Below are positions 38,987-53,138 of a stretch of 64,000 nt of DNA, piece after piece. The DNA comes from Octopus sinensis (Eukaryota). The DNA lies in the NCBI RefSeq assembly GCF_006345805.1, contig NC_042998.1:47616001-47680000 (forward strand), written 5' to 3'. Numbering within the stretch: the first letter of the stretch is position 1; every line of letters begins with the position of its first letter. The notes below the pieces were generated by a model that had not been told where the DNA came from, ran no database searches, and saw only the letters and a program-made list of their open reading frames with translations. The translations under genes and the position numbers were made by a program.

Positions 38987-38988
<2 letters not shown>
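38815..38988. repeat. ~174-bp palindrome (inverted 5' end of a Penelope-like element)
   Basis: CAGTTCTATATTTGAGAGAT...CTTGTTTGTTG-G-CAACAAACAAG...ATCTCTCAAATATAGAACTG; the same sequence recurs at 58279-58338. Confidence 0.9.
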
Positions 38989-39071
<83 letters not shown>

Positions 39072-39100
39072 AATATAAATAGATAGATAGATAGATAGAT

Positions 39101-39147
<47 letters not shown>

Positions 39148-39461
39148 CTGGCCGGAGACAAGGCAGGATAACAGCTGTGCTGTTAACGCCTGCTGAGGCA
39201 GTAACACGGATACATATCTGTCTTCATGTCAACATAGACAAGAATACATACATGCAAGTATATATGCGCTTGTACTTGTGGGTGGGGTGGGCGGATATCT
39301 GTGTGCGCGCGTGTGCGTCCAACACTCCACATCTATTCTATTTTTCGCTCTCTGTATATGAACCAATCCTTTTCTCTTTTTTCTCTGTACTTTTCATTTC
39401 TGGTTTCCCGCCTCTCTCTCCTTTCCTCATTATGTCATCTCTCTCGCTCTTTCTCTCTCTC

Positions 39462-39501
<40 letters not shown>

Positions 39502-39854
39502 TCTCGTTCTTTCTTTCTAAGCATTCCTTATTCCTTGCAGTCCTCTAACCCATTCTCCCTCCTACGACATACGCCAAATATCTTGTACTAGCTACAACTT
39601 CCGGTTAACGAAAAAATATTCGGACATTTCAGAAATTTCAATGAAACAATCTCAGTTGACCAAAACAGCTAAAGGAGAGTTGGGGTGAAGGAGACAGTGA
39701 GAAGAAAAGGAAATTGATGCAAAAGTGGGTGTAGAAGGAAGGTGGAGGATAGATGAGTGACACTTGGAGTAAAAAGAAATAGGAATAAATGAGTGAATGA
39801 TTGAATGAACAGTAAGAAAGACGGTTGGTTAGTAATCTGGAGGGGTAGGCTGAT

Positions 39855-40460
39855 CGGATGGATGGATGGATGGATGGATGGATTGATGTATGGTCAGAAA
39901 TTTGAATGGATCGACAGATGAGTTGGTTGGCTGGTCGGTCGGTCGGACGGATTGACGGACGGCTGCTCGGTCGGTCGGTCGGTCGCTGTCTGGTTGGTTA
40001 GTTGTTTGCTTGCTTGCTTGTTTACTTGCCAGCTTAGATGGATAGGTCGGTGAGTGTAGAGATGGTTGGTTGGTTGGATGGATGGATGGATGGATGGATG
40101 GATGGATGGATGGGTAGATGGATAGGTGGATGGATGAATGGATGGATGGATTGATAGATGGATGGATGGATGAGTAGATTGATAGATGGATGGATTGATG
40201 GGCGAATGGGTGGACTGATCAATGGATGGATGGTTGGGTGGGTGGATTGATTGATGGATGGGTGAATGGGTAGATTGATTCATGGATTGATGGATGGATG
40301 GATGAATGGATGGGTGAATGGTTGGCGTGATGGATGGATGGGTTGATATATTGACAGACGAATGGATTAATGTGTGGAGATAGATGGGATAGTTGGAATG
40401 GTGACTGGATGGATGCAGGAGTGTATTGATCGATCGACCGACTCATTGATTGATTGATGG
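39855..40460. repeat. Degenerate (GGAT/GGTT/GGTC/GATT)n tetranucleotide array
   Basis: Directly visible. Confidence 0.9.
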
Positions 40461-41164
40461 TTTAATAGGTGGCTAGGAGGAATATACTAATTTGTTATCC
40501 TGAAAAATATCCACTTTGCTAATTTATTTAGCCCCAGGTCAGCCTTCACTTAAAAAAAGCTGACGTTTATATAGTCAAGGGACCGCAATACCTAACAGTC
40601 CTTCATTTTTTAATACGGTAAAGTGTGATTAGACAGAGATTTGACTGCTATTTCTAGAAGATCGAGGCACAACGTCGGGACTTTCTCAGTCATGTAAAAC
40701 CAATGCTGCGCCGTGTTTACTAAAATAGTTTCTATGAGTGTGCTTTTGTGTGTATGTGTGTGTGTGCATGTGTGGGGTGGGGGTCCCCGCTTGCTAAACT
40801 GTATACAGTAAATATCTACATCCTTTGGTAAACTATAATGCCATGTGTTTATTTTGTTCATGATTTTTTTCTGAAAAGAAACTGATATAAATAGATTTTA
40901 GAATATAAGAAGTCACTAATTGGAACACCAATTGCTTGACATGCTGGCAAACGTACATACATGCATGCCCACATGCATACATACACGCATACGTACATAC
41001 AGACATACAGACAACATTCTAATGAGATACAGGAATGAAGATTGGTCAGCTAAATGCTCATATCTGGTTGTTAGTCGAGGGAACTTAACTGACCAGACAA
41101 GAAATATGGATATCAATGGCCTGTCTATTTGACCTCTCTCGAATAACAAATGCTAGAGCTATCT

Positions 41165-41870
41165 TAGGACTGAGGATAAAGTTGCATGCGTTAATGCTTT
41201 GTGTAAAGCTAAAGTGACAAAATAAATTTAAAATAAATGCGCCCTTTTAAACCCTAGCCAGGCTCATGGGCCCGGTTTCCCGGTTTCTATGGCGTATGTG
41301 TTCCCCAGCTGGACGGGACGCCAGTCCATCGCAGCATTACTCATTTTTGCCAGTTGAATGGACAGGAGAAACGTGAATTGAAGTGTTTTGCTCAAGAACA
41401 CAACGCGTCGCCCGGTCCAGGAATCAAAAGCACAATCTTACGATCATGATGCTGACACTCTAACCACTAAACCACGCGCCTCCACAAACTGACAAAGGAA
41501 TACTTAAATAGACTTCGGAATATATGGAAGTCAGAGCTATCTAAATTCAATAAGACTACCCTATAACACTTTTGTAGTACCAGTGCTTGTTCGAACATTC
41601 TGGGTACTGGCGCTCGACGATTATAGGGATCTGCAACAGGATATCAAGTCAAGAATGTTATTAACATATGGGATTTACTCATTTTCCCCTTTCCTTTTCC
41701 TTTCATGTTGCCTGTGTGATATCATCTGGCGCTCATAGGCTGCTGGGTTTTTAGACTATCATATATTTTTTATCCATCCCTCCATCTGATACATCTTGTC
41801 TGTCGTTACTAGTGATAACTTCCACATGATTAGCAACTCTGACAAGATCTGACTCAGACGGGAGTGTATG
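41165..41870 (+). mobile_element. Degraded R4/Dong-like RT fragment interrupted by a SINE
   Basis: KAKVTK|KEYLNRLRNIWKSELSKFNK..NTFVVPVL, later NFHM..NSDK. Confidence 0.55.
41222..41485 (-). mobile_element. SINE: head D + V-domain-like tail
   Basis: Closely similar to 5586-5847; imperfect TSD AAAGTGACAAA / AAACTGACAAA. Confidence 0.92.
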
Positions 41871-43049
41871 ATAGTCCAGAAGCGCCAGATCGCAACACAA
41901 TGACAGCATTAGCTAAATAGTAAAAGAAGAAATGAGTACCTATGTACTCATCAGTAAAAATAACCTTTTGGGGACACACGAAGTTAGTAACAGCCGTTTC
42001 ATGTGGTCAAGCCAGTTAAACTAACCGACTTAACAGAAAATTGTGGGAGGAGTACTCATCACTACAACAGAAAGTTATGCATGAATGCATATCCTGAAAG
42101 GTATAGAATATCATCGATATTGACAGGAAGTGTAAGATGACTTGCACCTGTGATAGATACATTACATTCCACCTAGACGAATAAGTCTTCACCTTTGAGA
42201 AAGACATGAGCAGAGAGGGAATTCAGGAGTGTATACAATCTGAGAACGAAGGACTGAGAATAGTGATCACTACAGGACCTGGGAGTGGAATGACCCCAGT
42301 CACCAGACATATCCGTCAAGTAGAAGCTATTATAATGGTAGAAAAGGCAGAGAGGAAAGACAGCATGTCTGTGGGCCGAAAGCTAGAATGTATCCGTGAG
42401 TGACCTTCTACCAGTTTTTTGTAGATGCTGTCTAGGGTCAATATGTACAGTAACAGTATAAACCCAAATCTGAGAGCAATACTTCATCTGAACTATGTAG
42501 GGTACCAATAATTATTATTAAGGGAAACGTCTTCTGGCTCTGAGAAGGCCAATAGTTAGAATGTTGTCAGAGTTATATTATGGATGTGTTTTCACCAAGA
42601 GAGTTCCTTGGTTGATGTGAGGTACCTCATTTGGAGCAATGTAAGGGCTCCTCTTGAGTGCTTCTCATGACTGGGGTGGGTGATATGAGTAGAGTTTGTG
42701 TTTTTTTGCTGTCGTAAAAGATAAGATTGTGCAATCTTGTTATCTTGTTCGGTTAAGTCTTCCAATTGTGGTTAGAACTGAGATGATGCTCTGGCGTGGT
42801 GGCTAGGTCACAGTTACACAACTTACAGTAAGCACAGCATTTGAAACTTCCGTAGACAATGGTACAATGTTTCCATCTTCTGTTATACATGTCTCTGTGT
42901 GTATGAGAGCGAGAGCGTATGTGTGTATACATACATACATACATAACTTACTAGTTAATGTTTAAATTCCAATGAAAAGGCCTAGTACCTGAATTGTTTT
43001 GCTATTCTAAGATCAAAAAAATCATTCAACAGTTTAAGGGTTGTTTTTT

Positions 43050-43272
43050 TTATCTTTTAACTTTTATCTCTTTCAGTCATTGGACTGCGGTCATGCTGGG
43101 GCACTACCTTCAAGATTTTAGCCAAATAAATCAAACCCAGCGATCACTTCTTTAAAACTCTTTTCCCCGAAACGCTAAGGTACAGGACGCAAACAAACCA
43201 AAACCGGTTGTTAAATGGTGGGGTAGGACAAATACAAGTACAATGACACAGACACGCGCGTATGTGTGCATT

Positions 43273-43298
<26 letters not shown>
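43050..43298 (-). mobile_element. Degenerate SINE family A 3' half
   Basis: TTTCAGTCATTGGACTGCGGTCATGCTGGGGCAC...ACGCTAAGG. Confidence 0.7.
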
Positions 43299-43304
<6 letters not shown>

Positions 43305-43974
43305 GCTGCACAGAAAATTTTGCCCGGTTGCATATATAACTACCCATTCTCTGTGTAATAGAAACACGTGTAGTCGTCTAAAATATGCTGTAAGACATTG
43401 TAAAATAAAAGTAAATAAACTTTGATGATGTACCTGTCTCCATATTCATCGTTATAATTATTGAAAATATACACTTCAGATAATATTATTATCTAGTGAA
43501 GCGAACATGGAATTACTCATCAGAGAAATTTACAGCGTGAGTATCAACTCCTAGTAGCATATGTTACAGAGATGCACTTGCATAAGAAGTGACCTGATCT
43601 GAGATCGAGTGCTGAAACAAAAACAATTGCAGCGTGGAAGGTGTTTATAAGCCATTTAAAAACACAAAACCGTTAGATTCACTTCAACATTTAAATTTAA
43701 TTTGCCGTGCTGTACGGAATTTTGTCTGTGAACAGGTCACGGTGTCAAAGCGACGAAAATATTTTGGCAAATTAAATTTAAATATTGAGACGTGTTTGGG
43801 AGAACATAAAAGTAATGGAAAATGGGGACAAATGCTCAAGATGCTATTTAAATAATGTATATCACCATATAACCGACATATGTTTCGATAGACACATTAA
43901 AATAAAGCCCTATGTTTCGCGCATAATAAACCTGGCCTCACGCGGGATGAAATTACTGTTGTTTTAACAGCTCG

Positions 43975-45010
43975 AAAATCTATTGTGAAATTTGATAATA
44001 AATGTTGGGTTCGTGAAGACCGACCTGACTGCTTTGATATACCTATGGGGTCTAGTGACTCAGCTCAAATAGCTGATTTGGTCGGTATTTATATTCTATT
44101 AGAAATGACCGACCAATTCCCATATATACTCGGTGGTTTATATCGCGACGACAGCCTCCTTTGCCTCCAAAATATCTCTAATCAAAAATTACAAAATTTT
44201 AAAAATAATCTAGTTCATTCTTTAGTAGTATGGATCTATGTATTACTTTCGATTATGATAGAACAAAGGTTAATTTTCTTGACCTTACGCGCAACTTAAA
44301 TACAGCTTTATATTTACCATACTATAAACCTTCAACCAATCTAAAATACATCAGCAGTTTCAGTAATCATCCTACTAATATAACAAAAGTTTGGTTAAAA
44401 ACATATCGTTTAGAATCTCTAATTTATCCGCCAATATTAATGTTTTCAATAATAACGCTGATTTCTATAATTCGTCCTTATATAAGGCAGGATATAAGGA
44501 GTAAATTGAGTATTATAACACACTTGATCCTGGTTCGACCTCTAATAATCTGGTTAATAGTAATTGTGTTACTACTAATAATAATACTCATAATGTTTCC
44601 CTCGTAGGCAATTATCCAGATTATAACCCCTTATATCGAAATAGCCAAAATCCTAAATTAGGAAAATTCAAAAATAAACAGTCTAAAGGAGGTAACTGTA
44701 CTTCCCCACTATGTTTTTGTAAAAATAAAAAAAAACTTCAAGTTTTTTAATGATAAGTCTCTCTATAAATCGCATGACCCTAGTAAAACTATTTGGCTTA
44801 TTATTCCATATGGATAAGTAAGTTAAAAGTAATCTTCCCTACCTATTTCTTTAAGCCATCGAAAGGAACTTTCTCAAAAATTTCAGGTGCCTCTTCAATT
44901 TCAACACCCACAGTATCCGAATTCGTTTCTACAACAACAATAACTTCCTACAGATTATATCCTTGCATAACAACTATATTCTTAACGTTAAATGGTTTCG
45001 CTTAATAACT

Positions 45011-45048
<38 letters not shown>

Positions 45049-45059
45049 TAATAATAATG

Positions 45060-45125
<66 letters not shown>

Positions 45126-45698
45126 GCCCTGATGCAGTACCAGGTAGTGGCTATCATGGCTTCTGATCTTAACTGATTGGAAGTGTTATCATGTACATTG
45201 TTTTGTCTTGGTATAAAAGATGGGCTACAGCAAATATTCTGCTCAATACCACAGATTTGCTTGTCAGTTGTTTGACCTTAACCAGTTGAGCATGTCCCTT
45301 AGTGGCTGGCGATATGTGCATCTCTGATCACGAGCAGAAGTAGTGGGGGAGCATCATAGCCATGTGTTGAGAGGGATTCTTTGGGGTTTGAATAGTTCAC
45401 CTCTGGAAACATGGGTGGTTCTTTCAACATCCTTAAACAACCCTTATTCAGGGACCGTTTGAGCGGGATGGGCTACTCAACCTGAAGAAAATTCTAACTG
45501 GGCCCCACCTGCAAGGTCATGTGCTGTTTATCTTGATATGAGATCACCATGTCGCGCACATATGGTTGTGATGCATGTGCCTGGTGTACCTTTATCAGAC
45601 GGGTAGTCATGATGGGTATATTGGGCTTCGTATATTTTACCCCAGTGTCACTTTGATGGCATGAACTGCTCTCTCACTCAATAATAATAATAATAGTA

Positions 45699-45732
<34 letters not shown>

Positions 45733-46057
45733 TGATAATCACTCCTTAAATAATAGTATCAATCGTAGTAGTCCGTGTAAATTGTGGTCCGAATAAAATT
45801 TGCGTTCTCAACGGAAATTGCAGAATTAAAAACGTTGTTTATCAATGTAAAATTTTTGCGGGATCTAAAGAATTTTTTTTATATTGGACTTTCATCCAGG
45901 AATTTATAAACGACTTGCCAACCACCTTTCTACATTTAAAAATATTCATAAAAGTAATTCTACAGATCTTAGTAAACTAATTTGGCATCTCAAAGACTGT
46001 AATTAACAATTCTCTTTGTATTGGAAAATTTTATCAAGATCATTTCCCTATGATAAA
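43975..46057 (+). mobile_element. Penelope-like element (RT plus GIY-YIG endonuclease), degraded, interrupted at 45010-45740
   Basis: FDIPMGSSDSAQIADLVGIYIL..GLYRDD; VNFLDLT; YYKP..YISSFSNHP; NGNCRIKNVVYQC..YIGL..RLANH..STDLSKLIWHLKD. Confidence 0.9.
45124..45679. mobile_element. ~556-bp non-coding element inserted in (AAT)n
   Basis: Sharp GC shift; (AAT)n on both sides (45012-45123, 45680-45739); splits a Penelope ORF; second partial copy at 13195-13362. Confidence 0.8.
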
Positions 46058-46133
46058 GACAAAAATTGTCAATAACCATTATAATTTATGCGTCTCGAAA
46101 CAAACCGATAGAAATTTCTAAAAAAATCCGTTA

Positions 46134-46194
46134 TTACCGTATTGATCATAATTTCGGGGTTAATTCATAAGAATTTTCCCTTCTTCAGCGATAA
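46134..46194 (-). ncRNA. Type I hammerhead ribozyme, copy 1
   Basis: TTATCG-CTGAAGA-AGGG...CCCC-GAA-ATT ATGATC AAT-A-CGGTAA; stem III shortened to 3 bp. Confidence 0.7.
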
Positions 46195-46603
46195 ATACGT
46201 GAGATATAAGTTTAAATACTTACTCATACCCATGGAAAAAGCAAGCACTAAGTCCTGAGCAGACCTAAGTACCCCAAATATATCCAAAATAGAAAAACTT
46301 CGGCACATCTCGAGACACGTGTGATTCGAACTAGAAACTTTCACAAAGTGAGAGAATCCGGAAGTGAACACTATTCAATTTATAACTAATGTAGTATAAA
46401 ATTTTTTTCGGGAAAAAATTTTTATCAGTGGCCAGCATATCAAAAAATACCTTTAAAGGTTAAATTTATAAATAATTTACAAAATTAGGGCGAAAGAAAA
46501 ATTCTAATGCCAAATATGCCGAAAAAAAGACAAAAATTGTCAATAACCATTATAATTTATGCGTCTCGAAACAAACCGATAGAAATTTCTAAAAAATCCG
46601 TTA

Positions 46604-46664
46604 TTACCGTATTGGTCCCAATTTCGGGGTTTAGTCATAAGAATTTTCCCTTCTTCAGCGATAA
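46604..46664 (-). ncRNA. Type I hammerhead ribozyme, copy 2
   Basis: TTATCG-CTGAAGA-AGGG AAAATTCTTATGACTAAA CCCC-GAA-ATTGG GA CCAAT-A-CGGTAA; intact core, AUA cleavage triplet. Confidence 0.8.
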
Positions 46665-49299
46665 ATACGTGAGATATAAGTGAAATACTTACTCATACCC
46701 ATGGAAAAAGCAAGCACTAAGTCCTGAGCAGACCTAAGTACCCCAAATATATCCAAAATAGAAAAACTTCGGCACATCTCGAGACACATGTGATTCGAAC
46801 TAGAAACTTTCACAGAGTGAGAGAATCCGGAAGTGAACACTATTCAATTTATAACTAATGTAGGATAAAAATTATTTTTCGGGAAAAAAATTTTATCAAT
46901 GGCCAGCATATCAAAACATACCTTAAACGGTTAAATTTATAAATAATTTACAAAATTAGGGCGAAAGAAAAATTCTAATGCCAAATATGCCGAAAAAAAG
47001 ACAAAAATTGTCAATAACCATTATAATTTATGCGTCTCGAAACAATTGGGACCAATACGGTAATAACGGATTTTTTAGAAATTTCGAGACGCATAAATTA
47101 TAATGGTTATTGACAATTTTTGTCCTTTTTTTCGGCATATTTGGCATTAGAATTTTTCTTTCGCCCTAATTTTGTAAATTATATATATATATATATCATA
47201 TATTGTAATTTCTTGTTGATGAACACTGTTGTTTATGTCCTTCCTGGTGAGATTGATGCATTTTTCTACATTATTCTTCCTCTCGGATTTATTTCAATGC
47301 ATCTATCGAAACATATGTTGGTTATATGGTGTTATAAATGATTTAAGTAAGATCTTGAGTGCTTGTCTCCATTTTCTCCATTGTCTCCATTTTCCATTAT
47401 TCTTATATATATATATATACAAAAGTTACGGAGCGGAGTATGGGAAATCCGGGCTACATATGTTTCATAGCGAGTGGAACCTCAGAAGTGGTAAAATCCA
47501 AGTGAGGTGTATACCACCGGCTTCTCCTCAGGCCAATCGCTAAACAAAAATAGCAAAAGACAATTTATAAATACTTTATAAAGCGCAAAGTGAAATAGAA
47601 TAAAGAAATGGATGTGTCAGCTTTCTAACATCAATATGAGTTTAAATTGATAAATACATATATGAATACAAACGTATTTATAAATGAGGCTACGTACGTG
47701 TACATCATACACAAGTCTCCTCTTTCATGCCAGTAGCGTGTTTTGGAGGGAATTTTATTGCTTTTCAAGTTGGTCAAACGACTACACAGATACTCCTTCG
47801 GCGCATGTCTGAATTTGCTGTTAGAAGTGGAATACAAAACACAAGACGGAAACCAAATGTATTTGTCGGCAAAAATCAGTGAAGTTTCATTAAAAGGAAC
47901 AAGTTTGTATGCTCTGAGTGAAGAGACGTGAAAATGTATGTTGAAAACAATAAGACAGAATACTATATAGATAATAGATTATCAGGCAGTGATTATGGTG
48001 GTAGAAGCTAACAAGAGTAAGAAAGAGAAAGAAATGAAACCTGAAAGAGGTGAACATAATAGATTAAAATAATCAAAAGGAAAATAAGTTATAGAATTAT
48101 TTATAGGAAATAGGTGTATAGTTATGTTCGTTTTGCTCTGTAGTGAAGGTTATTAAGTTGGTATACAAGCTTTTGATACAAGACATAGAAATGCATTGAG
48201 GATAATTCTGGAAAAGTTTTGGTGTCTACCTAACTATGTTTGTATCAATTATTTTATGATGAATAAGTTCTCGGTAAGCGTTTCCAATAACAAAAAAAAA
48301 GGATAAAGGGAGTTTTCATGATATCAAAAACGACAACCTTAACTCCTTGAACTGTCACCTTGTACTGAACAGGAGTGAATAGAGTCCTTTACCAAGAAGA
48401 AGAGCCTGAAGTTTGAAAAACTTTGAATTGCCCCTCAACTAAGGAAACCTAATGTCCTACAAGCTACAAGTGGTCTCCAGTATGCTCTCACTTGAAATGC
48501 AAGAAACAGTACTCGAATCTTTTCCCGAAAAATACCTTAAAGAACATAATGGATAATATTCTTCATTATATGCAAAAAGACAGGATAGTTACAGTTAGAC
48601 TGGTATTGATTACAAGCTTGTTCAGCGAGGACTGACCTGATATAAAGCAACAATGTCATCTATTTATGGCTTAGCATGAAATATCCGCAAAAACTTTTAT
48701 TGAGACGAAAAGTGATGCATTAGAACGTTTTCATGGACATATTCTTGACATATAAAACAACTTTTAGAGAGGTTCTAGATTTGTGATCCGATATTGTAAT
48801 TCATCAGATCACTTCACTAACCACAACTAGATTCATGGCGTCGTTACGCTCCACGATATATTTCATACACCAAGGTTCACCTAACGCACCACGGATCATC
48901 TCAAACCGCAGATAGTTGAGGTTGAAAAGGCTGGCCCAGACCTCAACTTTAAATCACAATCCAATAATCATCACCTTTATGCATGCCATTGAATTCATCC
49001 GGATACCTGTTGCTGGTTATCGACCTTATGTGGTAGCTGGTGTACAAGAGATCATGGCACATTAAACTCGTCACGAGACATTTACCAAGGTATATAAAAC
49101 TAGTTGAATATCTTATTCGACCTACAAGGTTATCATTATGGCTATTGTATATCACAATTGAAACTTAAATGTACATAACCACTAGTTCTCCTGGTTTAAA
49201 CTGTTTCACTTTCAAAGTCTTTGTTGAACTGAGTTCGAAGGTACACATTCGGAAAGAAAAGCTCTCATTTTATCGCTTTATCTCACCCATTTACACACC

Positions 49300-49411
<112 letters not shown>

Positions 49412-49436
49412 TATATATATATATACACATATGTGT

Positions 49437-49819
49437 GTGGAGGCGCAATGGCCCAGTGGTTAGGGCAGCGGGCTCGCGGTCATAGGATCGCGGTTTCGAT
49501 CCCCAGACCGGGCGTTGTGAGTGTTTATTGAGCGAAAACACCTAAAGCTCCACGAGGCTCCGGCAGGGGATGGTGGTGATCCCTGCTGTACTCTTTCACC
49601 ACAACTTTCTCTCACTCTTACTTCCTGTTTCTGTTGTACCTGTATTTCAAAGGGCCGGCCTTGTCACTCTCTGTGTCACGCTGAATATCCCCGAGAACTA
49701 CGTTAAGGGTACACGTGTCCGTGGAGTTCTCAGCCACTTACACGTTAATTTCATGAGCAGGCTGTTCCGTTGATTCAGATCAACCGGAACCCTCATCGTC
49801 GTAACCGACGGAGTGCTTC

Positions 49820-49820
<1 letters not shown>
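49437..49820 (+). mobile_element. SINE: head C + tail X, full length
   Basis: GTGGAGGCGCAATGGCCCAGTGGTTAGGG...GTCGTAACCGACGGAGTGCTTC; last 18 bp recur at ~49874-49891 after (TA)n. Confidence 0.92.
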
Positions 49821-49866
<46 letters not shown>

Positions 49867-49890
49867 ATATATATAACCGACGGAGTGCTT

Positions 49891-49925
<35 letters not shown>

Positions 49926-50149
49926 CTCACACATCAAGTTATCTTACCAGAGGTTTTATGACATCATTGAATACTATGTCCGGAAACGGATATCCCATCC
50001 GTATTTTGTTTTGTTTTGTTTTTTATTTTGATAAATAAGTGGGGGGATGGTTACTAGTAGTTGGGTAGTTATGTTGATAGATAGATAGATGATGGATGGA
50101 TGGATGGATGATTAGATAGACAAAGGAAGCAAACAGACCGACCTATATA

Positions 50150-50980
<831 letters not shown>

Positions 50981-51784
50981 TAGATCGGTAAACGATAGGC
51001 AGAGAAGGGATGAACGGCGGTAGAAAAGTAATATATACAGATAGGTTGTTAGGTTGGTAGGTATGACAATGGGTAGAACGGTAGGAAGGAAAGCAGGTAG
51101 CTTTGTAGGTAGGTAGGTATAGATAAAGAGGAATGGCGATGAATAGATGCATATCTAGCTTAAGCAAATAACTATTTAACGAGACAGGAAAAAGTAAAAC
51201 GAGAAAGCGATTGAAAGAAACAACAACAACAACAACAACAAAATCATAAATAAAGAAATGGAATAACGTTGCAAAGAGGACGACGACAACTACGAGAACA
51301 ATAATAATAGAAAGAAAAAAAAAATACGAAGGGACGAGGGGTGGGAAGGAATATTTGAGTTTCCTAATTTAAAAGAGATGAAAAGAAGGTTGCGGAAAGC
51401 CTTTGTTTCAGTAACAGCCGGAAAATAAAAAAAAGAAGAAAAATGTTTGTAAAGGAAAGCTAAGGTAAAAAGTATTGTGAATGAAACGGATGTTCAGGAC
51501 TTGCACACCAGTGGCTTATTCAATAGGGGCCACTGAAATAAATAAATAAATAAATAAATAAATATGTCCCATCTTTCACACACTCTCTCTCTCTCTCTCT
51601 CATTCTTTCTCTTTCTCTCTGTCTCTCTGTCTGTCTGTCGCTATCTCTGTCTCTTATTCTCTCCCTTATCTGTATATTTCTCTCCACGCCACCATGCTGG
51701 AGAAGAAAAGATGGATTAGCAAAAGGGAAGTGAACACGCATACAGAGCTGGAATAAACGTGTGTGTGTGTGCGTGTGCGTAGGT

Positions 51785-51821
<37 letters not shown>

Positions 51822-51954
51822 TGCGTGAGCACCCGTAAATGTATATGTGGTGCGTGTACAAGAAGGTAAAAACAGAAAGTTATTCAAATCTGTATGTGTG
51901 CAAATATAAATAAATAAAATTAATAAACATATATGTGTGTGTGTGTGTGTTTGA

Positions 51955-52325
<371 letters not shown>

Positions 52326-53049
52326 TAATGTATCTATGATTGAACCTTCAGAAAAGCACACACACACACACACACATACATATTCATAATATACATGAAT
52401 AGATAAATACGCACTTATACACACAATTATAGCTACAAATTCCCAGCCACCGCAGGTCTACATATCGGGGCACTATTTAAACAGTCTATCATAATACGAC
52501 GCTAGGCGAGCAAATAAACGTCACCTTTCGGGCCATAAGAATAATGCCGCTTCCGGTAGACGCTTTCTTTCTTTAATATTTTTACTATATCCTACTTACT
52601 TTAATACATATTATGTACTGTCTGAACAGACATTGGGCGTTGTCTTCTCAACGAAATAACGAGATAGGCTTAAGGTGTAGAAGTGGTACAATCAGTGAGG
52701 TAATGACAAAATAAGCTAAGATGAAGCCATTGGAAAGGGCCGACCTACTTACCTGCCGACCAATAGACCAGCGGGAAGAAAGATCGATATCAAAGGCAGA
52801 ATATGTACACTATGATATGTTGAGTTTGAAAATTATACGGTAAAATAAATATTAAGTGTTTGAATGCAGTTTAGAGTGTTTGCAAACAATATAGGAGCTG
52901 TGAAATAGAAACACTGCGAAAGTGTATCTGTCTCACACACACTGAATAGTGGTGGCGGATGGCGGTAGTGGTGGTAGGTTTGGTGGTGGCGGTAGTTTTG
53001 GTGGTGGCGGTGGTGGTGATGGTGGTGGTGATGGTGGTGGTGGTAGTTT

Positions 53050-53092
<43 letters not shown>

Positions 53093-53093
53093 G

Positions 53094-53138
<45 letters not shown>

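Larger units (their letters stand above)
46055..47180 (-). mobile_element. ~471-bp tandem repeat (about 2.1 copies) with one hammerhead per unit and an inverted end (retrozyme/pLTR-like)
   Basis: GACAAAAATTGTC at 46058, 46529 and 47000; 47045-47180 is inverted unit sequence. Confidence 0.85.
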
